Notes under the pieces: model-generated
Told to the model about the DNA's origin: nothing
Databases searched by the model: none
The model's input: the letters and a program-made list of their open reading frames with translations, nothing else
In this document: in pieces, positions 9,494-18,898 of the stretch
Layout of the letters: each line of letters opens with the position of its first letter
Position numbering within the stretch: position 1 is the stretch's first letter
Translations under genes and position numbers: made by a program
Assembly (NCBI RefSeq): GCF_001017655.1
Contig: NZ_CP010904.1
Span: 2,760,001-2,792,000, forward strand
Length of the DNA: 32,000 nt
From: Kiritimatiella glycovorans
GTDB taxonomy: Bacteria > Verrucomicrobiota > Kiritimatiellia > Kiritimatiellales > Kiritimatiellaceae
Direction: 5' to 3'

Positions 9494-10456
9494 ATGAAGA
9501 TACTCGTGACCGGCGCGGCCGGGTTTATCGGAATGCATGTGGCCGAATCGCTGCTCGACGACGGCCATGAGGTCGTCGGACTCGACAACTTCAACGATTA
9601 TTACCGCGTACAGCTCAAGCGGGACCGCCACGCGCGGCTGGAGGAGCGCGAACACTATAGGGGGGTCGAGTGTGACCTCTGCGATGCGGGGGGGATCGAG
9701 CGCCTGTTCGGCGAACACCGGTTCGACCGCGTCTGCCACCTGGCGGCGCAGGCGGGGGTGCGCTACTCGCTGACGCACCCCTTCGTCTACCAGCGAACCA
9801 ACGTCGAAGGCACGCTGCGAATCCTGGAGGCCTGCCGTCATGCGGAGACACCGCGGCTGGTGTACGCCTCGAGCTCGAGCGTCTACGGAGGTAACACGAA
9901 GGTTCCCTTCAGCGAGCGTGATCCCGTGGACACGCCGGTAAGCCTGTACGCGGCCACTAAAAAGGCCGACGAACTGATGGCGCACACCTACACCCACCTG
10001 TACGGTCTGCCGACGGTGGGGCTGCGCTTCTTCACGGTGTACGGACCGTGGGGACGGCCGGACATGGCGATGTGGCTGTTCACGAAGGCAATGCTCGCGG
10101 GCGAACCGATCCGGGTGTTCAATCATGGCGACATGAAGCGCGATTTCACCTACATCGACAACATCGTCGACGGCGTCAAGGCCTCGCTCTTCACGGAGGG
10201 TCTCGAGCCGTACGAGATCTTCAATCTCGGCAACCACCGGTCGGAGAACCTGATGGACATGATCGGCATGCTCTCCGAAACGCTCGGCATGGAGCCGGAA
10301 ATGGAGATGCTCCCCATGCAGCCCGGTGACGTGCCCGTGACGTATGCGGATGTCGAGCGCGCGCAGAAGAAACTGGGGTACTCACCGCACACGCCGATCC
10401 GCGAAGGCATCCCCCGGTTCGTGGAGTGGTACCGGGAGTATCACGGGGGGGTATGA
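9494..10456 (+). CDS. NAD-dependent sugar-nucleotide epimerase (extended SDR; UDP-glucuronate 4-epimerase/CapI-like)
   Basis: MKILVTGAAGFIG Rossmann motif and catalytic YAATK. The family-typical LDNFNDYY...LK..R pattern and FFTVYGPWGRPDMA are present. Start ATG 9494 has a GAGGAG Shine-Dalgarno at 9481-9486. The upstream ATG 9479 overlaps that Shine-Dalgarno, so it is less likely. Confidence 0.88.
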   Translation: MKILVTGAAGFIGMHVAESLLDDGHEVVGLDNFNDYYRVQLKRDRHARLEEREHYRGVECDLCDAGGIERLFGEHRFDRVCHLAAQAGVRYSLTHPFVYQRTNVEGTLRILEACRHAETPRLVYASSSSVYGGNTKVPFSERDPVDTPVSLYAATKKADELMAHTYTHLYGLPTVGLRFFTVYGPWGRPDMAMWLFTKAMLAGEPIRVFNHGDMKRDFTYIDNIVDGVKASLFTEGLEPYEIFNLGNHRSENLMDMIGMLSETLGMEPEMEMLPMQPGDVPVTYADVERAQKKLGYSPHTPIREGIPRFVEWYREYHGGV

Positions 10457-10484
10457 TTATCCGCCGAATCCGCTGCTCTTTGCT

Positions 10485-11012
10485 ATGCCGGAACTGATTC
10501 CTGAAATCCTGATCTACACCCTTATCGGTCTGCTCTGCCTGGCCGGGGTGGCCACGTCGCTGTTCTCGCTGTCCGGCACCTGGCTGGTGGCGCTGGCCGC
10601 GGGGATCGCCTGCTGGTGGCGCTGGCCGGAGTTTCCGGGGCTGTTCACCTGCGGCGTGTTCGTACTGCTGTGCGCGGCGGCGGAGGTGGTGGAATTTCTG
10701 GCCGGTACGTGGGGGGTGCGGCGACGCGGGGGCTCGGCGGCGGCGGGATGGGCGGCACTCGGCGGAGGGCTGCTCGGCGCCGTGCTCGGCGGGATCCTGA
10801 TCCCGGTTCCGGTGATCGGAAGTCTGATCGGGATGTTCGGGCTCAGTTTCGCGCTGGCGTTTCTGGTGGAGCACCGGCGGCTGCGTCATTACGGACGCGC
10901 GGCGGATATCGCCCTGGGAGCCCTGCTCGCCCGCATCGGCGTCCTCTTCATGAAATTCGGCCTCGCGGCGGGCATGGCGGCCGTACTGGTGACGGGGATC
11001 GTATTGCGATGA
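10485..11012 (+). CDS. Small polytopic inner-membrane protein (DUF456-like)
   Basis: From ATG 10485 (MPELIPEILIYTLIGLLCLAG...) about four hydrophobic helices span ~175 aa. The upstream part of track ORF 10344.. overlaps the epimerase 3' end and is not protein-like. The family assignment is from memory of the DUF456 architecture and is not verified. Confidence 0.6.
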   Translation: MPELIPEILIYTLIGLLCLAGVATSLFSLSGTWLVALAAGIACWWRWPEFPGLFTCGVFVLLCAAAEVVEFLAGTWGVRRRGGSAAAGWAALGGGLLGAVLGGILIPVPVIGSLIGMFGLSFALAFLVEHRRLRHYGRAADIALGALLARIGVLFMKFGLAAGMAAVLVTGIVLR

Positions 11013-11133
11013 ACTGAAGGATCATTCGATCCCGGGTTTTAAACCCGTATCCGTGTTATTCGTGCACTCCGTGGAGGCCCCCGCATTTTTCCGCTTGTTC
11101 GGGCTCGAGCCCCCCTCTGAAGCAGGAGGAGCG

Positions 11134-12459
11134 TCAGAACCGGTAGCTGAGTTCCAGTCGCGCGAAGACGGCGGTGTGGTCCTGCTGCGGATCGGTGTAG
11201 TAATCGCCGGGTTCGAAGAGTTCCAGGAGCAGGTGGCCGTCGAGCCGGTCGCCTTCGCGCGCGATATTCTCTCCGAGCGTGAACCGGTTGAGCCACGTGG
11301 CCAGCAGGCCGCGCTCGTCGCCGGTTCCGGCGCCCGCCGGGCCGTCTTCCTCCATCGCCCAGAGGTAGCCGAGTAGCAGCGAGGCGCTGTAACACTTCGC
11401 CGGCGCGATCGAGAAATCGACGTAGGGCATCTGGACGTTGGACCAGCGCCCCGGTCCGTCGAAATCAAAGCCGTAGACATACAGTTCGCTGTACTGCGGC
11501 CAACGCGAGAAGACGGGGTCCCATCCTTCGTTTTCATCGGTCGCGGGATCGTTGCCGGACAGGGCGTACCAGCCGAGACCGGCGCGCGGCTTCCCGAACC
11601 CGCGCCCTTCGTAGCCGAGGCGGGAATCGATCATGTAGCCGCGATGATCCTGTCCGGCCTGACCCGCCACCTCGAGGTTGCCGACGAGCGTCTCCGAAAA
11701 CCTCGGCATCACGCGGAACCCGAGCGTGTGGAAATCGTCGCGCCCGAAGTCGAGATCCCCCGCCCACGCGCGAAACTGCCGCCCCGGGTTCTCGTCCTTC
11801 CAGAGGTAATACTGCTCGAACGGCATGCGCTCGAAGCGCGTGTTCCTGAGATAGTAGCCGGCGCCGGCTTCGTGCCCGTCGGAGGGCAGGCCCGTGGGGC
11901 CGGTGAGATCGCGGTCCTGATCATGGATCGCCAGCGGATCTTCCGCGTGGGTGTACATGCCCAGGAAGTCGACCGTGGTGTCGGCCAGGCCGCTATAGGT
12001 GGCCTTCGCGGCATTGAAATAGATCGTGCGCGAGCCGTCCTTGGGCGTACCGTCGAGGATGACCTTGCCCGTACCGTAGACGAGGTCCTGCCGGCCGATG
12101 CGGAACGCCCAGTCGCCGGGCGGGGTGTAGTCGACAAAGAGATTGTCGATGATCAGCTCGTCCGGGGCGCTCCAGCTGTTCACGCCGTCGTCGTAATCGT
12201 AGAACTCATTGCACAGACGCCCGTAGACATACCACTCATCGTTCGCCGTATATTCCCCCCAGAGCCTGGTTCGATAGCGGCGGAAGGAGTTGATGCCTCC
12301 GCGCGTTTCGGGCGCGAGTCCGGTCGGGATGTTGTCGAAGTAGACCTGGCGCAGACGGATATCGCCGCCCCAGTCAAAAGCCGGTTTCTTTTCCGTTACG
12401 GTTTCCGCGCGGCAGAGCGCCGCCGCGGCCAGCAGGATCATCGCAATCCGTGTGATCAT
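11134..12459 (-). CDS. Outer-membrane beta-barrel protein (alginate-export/AlgE-like porin family, putative)
   Basis: Signal peptide MITRIAMILLAAAALCRA|E. The sequence is rich in alternating aromatic/polar beta-strand patterns and ends in the OMP-type C-terminus LELSYRF. The start is ambiguous: ATG 12459 with an AAAGGA Shine-Dalgarno, ATG 12480, or GTG 12489. Confidence 0.7.
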   Translation of the reverse strand: MITRIAMILLAAAALCRAETVTEKKPAFDWGGDIRLRQVYFDNIPTGLAPETRGGINSFRRYRTRLWGEYTANDEWYVYGRLCNEFYDYDDGVNSWSAPDELIIDNLFVDYTPPGDWAFRIGRQDLVYGTGKVILDGTPKDGSRTIYFNAAKATYSGLADTTVDFLGMYTHAEDPLAIHDQDRDLTGPTGLPSDGHEAGAGYYLRNTRFERMPFEQYYLWKDENPGRQFRAWAGDLDFGRDDFHTLGFRVMPRFSETLVGNLEVAGQAGQDHRGYMIDSRLGYEGRGFGKPRAGLGWYALSGNDPATDENEGWDPVFSRWPQYSELYVYGFDFDGPGRWSNVQMPYVDFSIAPAKCYSASLLLGYLWAMEEDGPAGAGTGDERGLLATWLNRFTLGENIAREGDRLDGHLLLELFEPGDYYTDPQQDHTAVFARLELSYRF

Positions 12460-12594
12460 AAGCGGGTCCTTTCTTGGCATCGGCGTCACTCAAGCGGATA
12501 CCGGTCTTCGCGTCCAGCATTTCCGCCCGCCTGAACTTCGATGACCGCACGAGGCCGCCTCCGTTCAGACTCCCGCTTTTGAAGCCCCCGCGCC

Positions 12595-14535
<1,941 letters not shown>

Positions 14536-14567
14536 GCTGTTCCCCCGAGTCTGGATACACTTCTTCC

Positions 14568-14573
14568 ATTATA
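14568..14573 (-). promoter_or_regulatory. Candidate -10 box (perfect TATAAT on the minus strand) for rpoD
   Basis: The reverse complement of 14568-14573 is TATAAT, 32 nt upstream of the rpoD ATG. A perfect hexamer is rare in this GC-rich background. No convincing -35 lies at 16-18 bp. A second weak pair is TTGACT (complement of 14630-14635) followed 18 nt later by TAGAAG. Confidence 0.3.
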
Positions 14574-14647
14574 CAATAGAGGCCCGCAATACGGGCGAAC
14601 CCTTACTTCTACGAAAGCAGACGTCGGGAAGTCAAGAAGGTTGAGGG

Positions 14648-14668
14648 TGAAAATTCTTGAGTGAGAAG
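14648..14668. repeat. 21-bp direct repeat, left copy (target-site duplication of the IS30-family element)
   Basis: GTGAAAATTCTTGAGTGAGAA is identical to 15871-15891. Removing the IS plus one copy restores a canonical unit of the flanking repeat array. Confidence 0.8.
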
Positions 14669-15870
14669 TGTAATGTGAAATGCCGCAGGTATAGGAGAGA
14701 GCGTTCCATGCCGTGGTTCGCTATCCTTTGTGGTCTTACAACAGGACAACAGAGGAAGGAGACGGCATGGAACAGAATCAGAATAGCAGGAAGGGCAAGC
14801 ACTTGACGAGGGTGGAGCGCATGGTGATTGAGCGGATGTCCCGTGGGGGGATCCCCCCACGGGACATCGCGGCCGCCTTGGAGCGTCACCCGCGTACGAT
14901 CCAGCGTGAGCTCAAGCGCGGGACGGTGACCCACCGGGACTCGGAGTGGCGGGAATACCGGACCTACAGCAGCGATCGCGGCCAGGACCTCCATGATTAC
15001 CACGCCACCGCAAGGGGGCCCGGTCTGAGGCTGGGCCGCAACTATGCGCTGGCCGAATTCATCCGTTGCCGCATTGTGGAACATAAGGAATCGCCCGATG
15101 TAGTCGCCTTTCGGATGCGTCAGGCCGGTCTGGAGGAGGTGGTGTGCACCAAGACGATCTATAACTACATCGATAAAGGCGTCATTTTCGGGCTCAGCAA
15201 CGAGTCACTGTGGGAGAAGCGTAAGCGAGCCAAGCGGCGCAAACGCGGCGCTCGGCGGTTGGCGAAGCGGATTTCCAAAGGCAAAAGCATCGACCAGCGT
15301 CCCGAAGGAGCCGAGACGCGCGAGGAGTTCGGACACTGGGAGATGGACCTGGTGACCGGCCCCACGCGCGGGTCCAATGCCGCCCTATTGACCCTGGTGG
15401 AACGCAGACATCGGATCACGATCATTCGCAAGCTGCCTGATAAGAGCCAAGCCAGCGTGCTCAAAGTTCTCAGAGGGCTCGAGCGTGAACATGGCTCCCG
15501 CTGCTTCCGTCAGATTTTCAAGACCATCACGGTCGACAACGGCAGCGAGTTCCTGGACTTCGAAGCCTTAGAAGCCTCTTCCTTCTCGAAGCAACAGCGA
15601 ACCCAGATCTTCTACGCCCACCCATACTCATCCTGGGAACGCGGATCGAACGAGAACGGCAACAGGATGATCAGACGGTTCGTGGCCAAGGGCCGGGATA
15701 TCGCGCGCTTTACCAAGCAGAAAATCCGCGACATCGAGCTATGGATCAATAACTACCCGCGCCGGATCCTCGACTTCATGACCCCTCACGAACTCTTCAC
15801 GAACGAACTCAAAACGATCTCATAAATGAAACAAGACCACTACATGCGGCATTTGGGTTTACAACCTACC
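14669..15870 (+). mobile_element. IS30-family insertion sequence, ~1.2 kb, apparently intact
   Basis: It is bounded by the 21-bp direct repeats and has a single transposase ORF. The imperfect terminal inverted repeats are TGTAATGTGAAATGCCGCAGGTA (from ~14670) and, near 15841-15863, the reverse-complement TGTAAACCCAAATGCCGCATGTA (18/23 matches). The right copy sits 6 nt further from its tip. The element is visibly lower in GC than its flanks. Confidence 0.85.
14767..15825 (+). CDS. IS30-family DDE transposase
   Basis: 352 aa from ATG 14767, with a GGAAGGAGA Shine-Dalgarno; the track start 14713 is a GTG. The N-terminal HTH is LTRVERMVIERMSRGGIPPRDIAAALERHPRTIQRELKRG. The DDE triad context is HWEMDLV / TVDNGSEF / ERGSNENGNRMIRRF, followed by the typical C-terminus INNYPRRILDFMTPHELF. 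Confidence 0.93.
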   Translation: MEQNQNSRKGKHLTRVERMVIERMSRGGIPPRDIAAALERHPRTIQRELKRGTVTHRDSEWREYRTYSSDRGQDLHDYHATARGPGLRLGRNYALAEFIRCRIVEHKESPDVVAFRMRQAGLEEVVCTKTIYNYIDKGVIFGLSNESLWEKRKRAKRRKRGARRLAKRISKGKSIDQRPEGAETREEFGHWEMDLVTGPTRGSNAALLTLVERRHRITIIRKLPDKSQASVLKVLRGLEREHGSRCFRQIFKTITVDNGSEFLDFEALEASSFSKQQRTQIFYAHPYSSWERGSNENGNRMIRRFVAKGRDIARFTKQKIRDIELWINNYPRRILDFMTPHELFTNELKTIS

Positions 15871-15891
15871 GTGAAAATTCTTGAGTGAGAA
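15871..15891. repeat. 21-bp direct repeat, right copy (target-site duplication)
   Basis: Identical to 14648-14668. Confidence 0.8.
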
Positions 15892-15929
15892 ACCTGAAAC
15901 CTTCTTGAGTGTGAGACCTGAAACCTGAG
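15878..15929. repeat. Left inverted arm of the quasi-palindromic repeat locus
   Basis: TTCTTGAGTGAGAAACCTGAAACCTTCTTGAGTGTGAGACCTGAAACCTGAG matches the reverse complement of 16154-16212 at 50 of 52 positions. The right arm carries one extra 7-nt heptad. Confidence 0.85.
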
Positions 15930-15948
15930 ACCTGAGTGGAAGACTGTT

Positions 15949-16135
15949 GGTGAGGGTGAAACCTTCTTGAGTGTGAAACCTGAGACCTGAGTGGAAGAAG
16001 GTGAGGGTGAAACCTTATTGAGTGTGAAACCTGAAACCTGAGACCTGAGTGGAAGAAGGTGAGGGTGAAACCTTATTGAGTGTGAAACCTGAAACCTGAG
16101 ACCTGAGTGGAAGAAGGTGAGGGTGAAACCTGAGT
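15949..16135. repeat. Tandem repeat array: a 51-bp unit, two identical 58-bp units (16000-16057, 16058-16115), a 20-bp partial unit
   Basis: The unit is GGTGAGGGTGAAACCTTATTGAGTGTGAAACCTGAAACCTGAGACCTGAGTGGAAGAA. It is internally built from CCTGARA heptads. A longer degenerate unit lies upstream (14636-14668 plus 15892-15948) and is split by the IS. TGA occurs in all + frames, so the array is non-coding. Confidence 0.9.
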
Positions 16136-16163
16136 GAAACTAAACAATTCTTACTCAGGTTTC
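16125..16163. other. Central hairpin of the repeat locus (11-bp perfect stem, 17-nt AT-rich loop)
   Basis: GAAACCTGAGT (16125-16135) pairs with ACTCAGGTTTC (16153-16163). The loop is GAAACTAAACAATTCTT. It lies 23 nt downstream of the stop of the minus-strand gene ending at 16186. There is no U-tract, so it is not a canonical intrinsic terminator. Confidence 0.6.
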
Positions 16164-16212
16164 AGGTCTCACACTCAGGAAGGTTTCAGGTCTCAGGTCT
16201 CTCACTCAAGAA
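16154..16212. repeat. Right inverted arm of the repeat locus (overlaps the last ~9 codons and stop of the 16186..17550 gene)
   Basis: It is the reverse complement of the left arm (see 15878-15929). Read on the minus strand it gives ...TTCTTGAGTGAGAGACCTGAGACCTGA, encoding FLSERPET-stop. Confidence 0.85.
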
Positions 16213-17550
16213 GACTCCCGTCGAGACATGGACGGGGTGATCGGGCGTTGCTTCGCGCAGGCGGCGGTCCATGCGCTCGCGCGCCCTGCGGCGCAATATT
16301 CCGGCCTCGGCAAGGCCGGGGTATTCGGCTTTCAGGGCGGCATGGACTTCGCCGGCGAACGCGCGTCGCGCCCGGGCGCGGTCTTCGAGTCCGAGCCGGG
16401 CGTAGGCGGCGGCCTGATAAAAGAGGTGTTCCACGACCCCGTCCGGTTCACGATGGATCGAGAGCAGGTACTCCGCGGCATAACGGGCGGCGAATCGGGC
16501 GGGATCGGTATACGACGTCGCTTCGGGGTCCAGGCGGCCGAGCCGTTCGAAGATTTCGCGGGACCGCTGTTCCCGGCCGGCCGCGTGGAAGTAGACGACC
16601 GCTTCGCGCAGGAAGTTCGCGTAGGCGTTGCGCGTGCCCCGGTTTTGAGGGTGGGCGCGCATCGTGTCTTTCAGGACCGCATCGGCGCGCGGGAACAGGT
16701 TGAAGTTCGGAGCGGTGGCGAAGAGGGTTTCGTGCGTTTCTCCGATCAGGGAGCCGTTGCGGTACGCGAGAATGAGGCTCTGGTAGAGCACGCGCTGCAG
16801 CATCAGTTTTCGCCCCGGCTCGCGGGCGTGTTCCAGCCCGCGGTCAATCCAGTAGATGGCGTGGGCCTCGGGACGGCGCCAGTCGAGCGGCCCGTACTGC
16901 CGGTCGACCGCGGCCATCCGCTGCGGGTCGAGGCGGAATCCGGCGAGATCGTCCTCCCTCAGCGCGGCGAAATCCGGACTTCCCCCGCCGAGCAGGTCGT
17001 CCATGAGTCCCGCCCAGGCCTGCCTGTAATAGGGGCCGGCTCGGTCGAGGGATCCGCCGATCTTGTGCTGAAACAGCCACGCCAGTTCAAAGTAGAGCTT
17101 GGGATTGCCCGGGTTGTATTCCAGCCCGCGGTCGCGCAAAAGCTGTATTCCGTGCCGCACCCACCGCCAGCGGTCTTCCGGGGATTCGAACATCACGCTG
17201 ATGTTGTAGGCCATATTCCAGGCGTGATAGGCCCAGACTTCGGGCAGTTCCGGCTCCAGTTTCGTGATCCAGTCGGCGAGCTGAACGATCTCGAAGTAGC
17301 GTCCTTCCGACTGGAGTTCCGCCGCGCGCATCCAGAGCAGGTCGACCAGCAGTCCGCGGAACCCGCCCAGCGCGACCGTGGTGAAGGAGATGAGCGGCGG
17401 CATGCCCTCTTCGGGATAGACGGCGCCGATCCCGAGTTCGCGCCGCCGCTCACGCAGCGGCTCATGCCGCACGAAGGCGTAACGCCACGCCGCGCCCGCC
17501 GCAAGCAGCAGGACCAGGGTTCCTATGACCGCACGTCTTTTCATACACAT
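16186..17550 (-). CDS. Membrane-anchored protein of unknown function (alpha-helical, Trp/Tyr-rich), last gene of the ABC operon
   Basis: About 454 aa. The start is ATG 17550 (MCMKRR) or ATG 17544 (MKRR), 1 or 7 nt after the permease stop; the track start 17568 is a TTG. The N-terminal TM is AVIGTLVLLLAAGAAW and a second hydrophobic segment is ISFTTVALGGFRGLLVDLLW. Distinctive stretches include VWAYHAWNMAYNISVMF, YFELAWLFQHKIGG and PEAHAIYWIDRGLEH. I recognise no family. Confidence 0.75.
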   Translation of the reverse strand: MCMKRRAVIGTLVLLLAAGAAWRYAFVRHEPLRERRRELGIGAVYPEEGMPPLISFTTVALGGFRGLLVDLLWMRAAELQSEGRYFEIVQLADWITKLEPELPEVWAYHAWNMAYNISVMFESPEDRWRWVRHGIQLLRDRGLEYNPGNPKLYFELAWLFQHKIGGSLDRAGPYYRQAWAGLMDDLLGGGSPDFAALREDDLAGFRLDPQRMAAVDRQYGPLDWRRPEAHAIYWIDRGLEHAREPGRKLMLQRVLYQSLILAYRNGSLIGETHETLFATAPNFNLFPRADAVLKDTMRAHPQNRGTRNAYANFLREAVVYFHAAGREQRSREIFERLGRLDPEATSYTDPARFAARYAAEYLLSIHREPDGVVEHLFYQAAAYARLGLEDRARARRAFAGEVHAALKAEYPGLAEAGILRRRARERMDRRLREATPDHPVHVSTGVFLSERPET

Positions 17551-17551
17551 C

Positions 17552-18898
17552 TCACCCCAGTGCGGCAATCTCCTTGCGCCGCAGCGCGCCGATCCCGATC
17601 AGCGCCACCGCGCCGCCTCCCAGCAGGACCTTCGAACTCCACCGGCCGCCGACCTCGGTCCACGTCACCGAGACCCCGGAAGAGAGGTCGGACAGCGGAT
17701 CGCCGCCGCGCAGCGGGCTGAGCGCCGCGTCGAGGACCTTGAAATACACCCTCGCCGCCGGTCGGGCCGCGCGCGGAATGCCTTTCAGGTCGGGGGCGCG
17801 CGCGAGATCGCTGACGAAGCCGCCGCACAACAGGAGCAGGAGCAGCCAGGAGGAGGTGAAGACCGCGACGGGCATCGTGAACAGCGTGCCCGCCGCCACG
17901 CCCACCGCGCTCATCAGGCACAGGTGGGCGAAGACCGTGAGCAGTGCGCGCAGGAAGTTCACCTCGAAAGTCGTCTCATAGATCATCAGCTCGGGGTCCG
18001 ATTCGTGCGGGAAGAGCAGGGTGACCTCGCGGTCGTGCTCGTTGAAGAAGGACAGTTCGATCGGCCCGGACCCGCCTGCGGCCGCCGCCGGGATCGTCAG
18101 GGTCTCCTCCACCCGGGGGCGTATTTCGACCTGCTGTTCGAAGCTCCCGTCCGCCGTGCGCCAGCTTCCCCGGATCCGGACCAGTCCCAGTTCGCTGGCC
18201 GCCAGTTCGTAACGCAGGTGGAGCGGGCGGCCGGGCGGAAAGGCACGCGGAGGATCGAACGTCCAGCGCACCGATTCCCCGGGCCCGACCGCTCCCGCAC
18301 GGTTGCGCAGCGTCCGGCGGGCCGCTTCGAGGACGGCGCTCCGGTCCGCTTCCCCGGAAATCCGGTCCTCCCGGCGCCAGCGCTCCGCCAGCCCGCGGAC
18401 TTCGCGGGCATCGATCAGCGGACGCGGGGGAAGGGCGCGGCGGGCGACCAGCACCTCCCGGCGCAGCCGGCCGGTTTCGTCCGCGTCGAGCTGCGAAGGC
18501 CGCATGTTCCAGCGCAGGATCCCCCAGGTGACGGCCCCCGCCGCGGCCAGCACGACGGCATTGACGGCGACCAGCCCCAGCCAGGTGCCCAGCCAGATTT
18601 CCGCGCGGCGGACCGGCCGGGTGACGAGTACGTGCATGCGCCGGGCCCGGATTTCGCCGGAGACGGCGGCGCACCCGGCCCAGAGCGAGGTCAGCGAGAG
18701 CAGGGCCGCCGCCGCGCCGAGCGTATAGGAGAGGAGAATTCTGACATACCCCTCGACCGTGCCGTCGCCGCGGATACTGGCCGGCAGGAAGAGGATGACG
18801 AAGAAGATGAGTCCGAGGAGGGTGAGCACCACGCGGGAGCGCACGGCCGCGCGGACCGTCATCGCGGCGATTACTGAGATGCGTCGGATCGAGTTCAT
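17552..18898 (-). CDS. ABC-2-type transporter permease with a large central non-membrane insertion
   Basis: 448 aa. N-terminal hydrophobic helices span RVVLTLLGLIFFVILFL, LLSYTLGAAAALLSLTSLWAGCAAV and IWLGTWLGLVAVNAVVLAAAGAV. A ~190-aa polar Arg-rich segment follows (RPSQLDADETGRL...FPHESDPELMIYE). C-terminal helices span LLTVFAHLCLMSAVGVAAG and FTSSWLLLLLLCGGFV. Its ATG overlaps the ATPase stop (ATGA). Confidence 0.75.
   Translation of the reverse strand: MNSIRRISVIAAMTVRAAVRSRVVLTLLGLIFFVILFLPASIRGDGTVEGYVRILLSYTLGAAAALLSLTSLWAGCAAVSGEIRARRMHVLVTRPVRRAEIWLGTWLGLVAVNAVVLAAAGAVTWGILRWNMRPSQLDADETGRLRREVLVARRALPPRPLIDAREVRGLAERWRREDRISGEADRSAVLEAARRTLRNRAGAVGPGESVRWTFDPPRAFPPGRPLHLRYELAASELGLVRIRGSWRTADGSFEQQVEIRPRVEETLTIPAAAAGGSGPIELSFFNEHDREVTLLFPHESDPELMIYETTFEVNFLRALLTVFAHLCLMSAVGVAAGTLFTMPVAVFTSSWLLLLLLCGGFVSDLARAPDLKGIPRAARPAARVYFKVLDAALSPLRGGDPLSDLSSGVSVTWTEVGGRWSSKVLLGGGAVALIGIGALRRKEIAALG

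Noticed and set aside
8420-10237. 605-aa ORF on the - strand spanning the mtnA 5' end, the aldolase and the epimerase
   Set aside because: It is antisense to or overlaps three well-supported genes and crosses a divergent promoter region. It is a composition artefact.
11013-11133. Bidirectional terminator between the convergent DUF456-like and OMP genes
   Set aside because: Only short, weak palindromes are present (CGGGTT-TTA-AACCCG and GGGCTCGAGCCC) with no convincing T-tracts. It is not reportable as a feature.
15892-16135. Possible CRISPR array
   Set aside because: The repeats are directly tandem (51 and 58 bp) with no unique spacers between them, and no cas genes are in the window.
16134-16703. 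189-aa + strand ORF starting inside the repeat locus
   Set aside because: It begins in the hairpin and right-arm repeat and then runs antisense to the 16186..17550 gene. Its product is Arg/Gly-rich.
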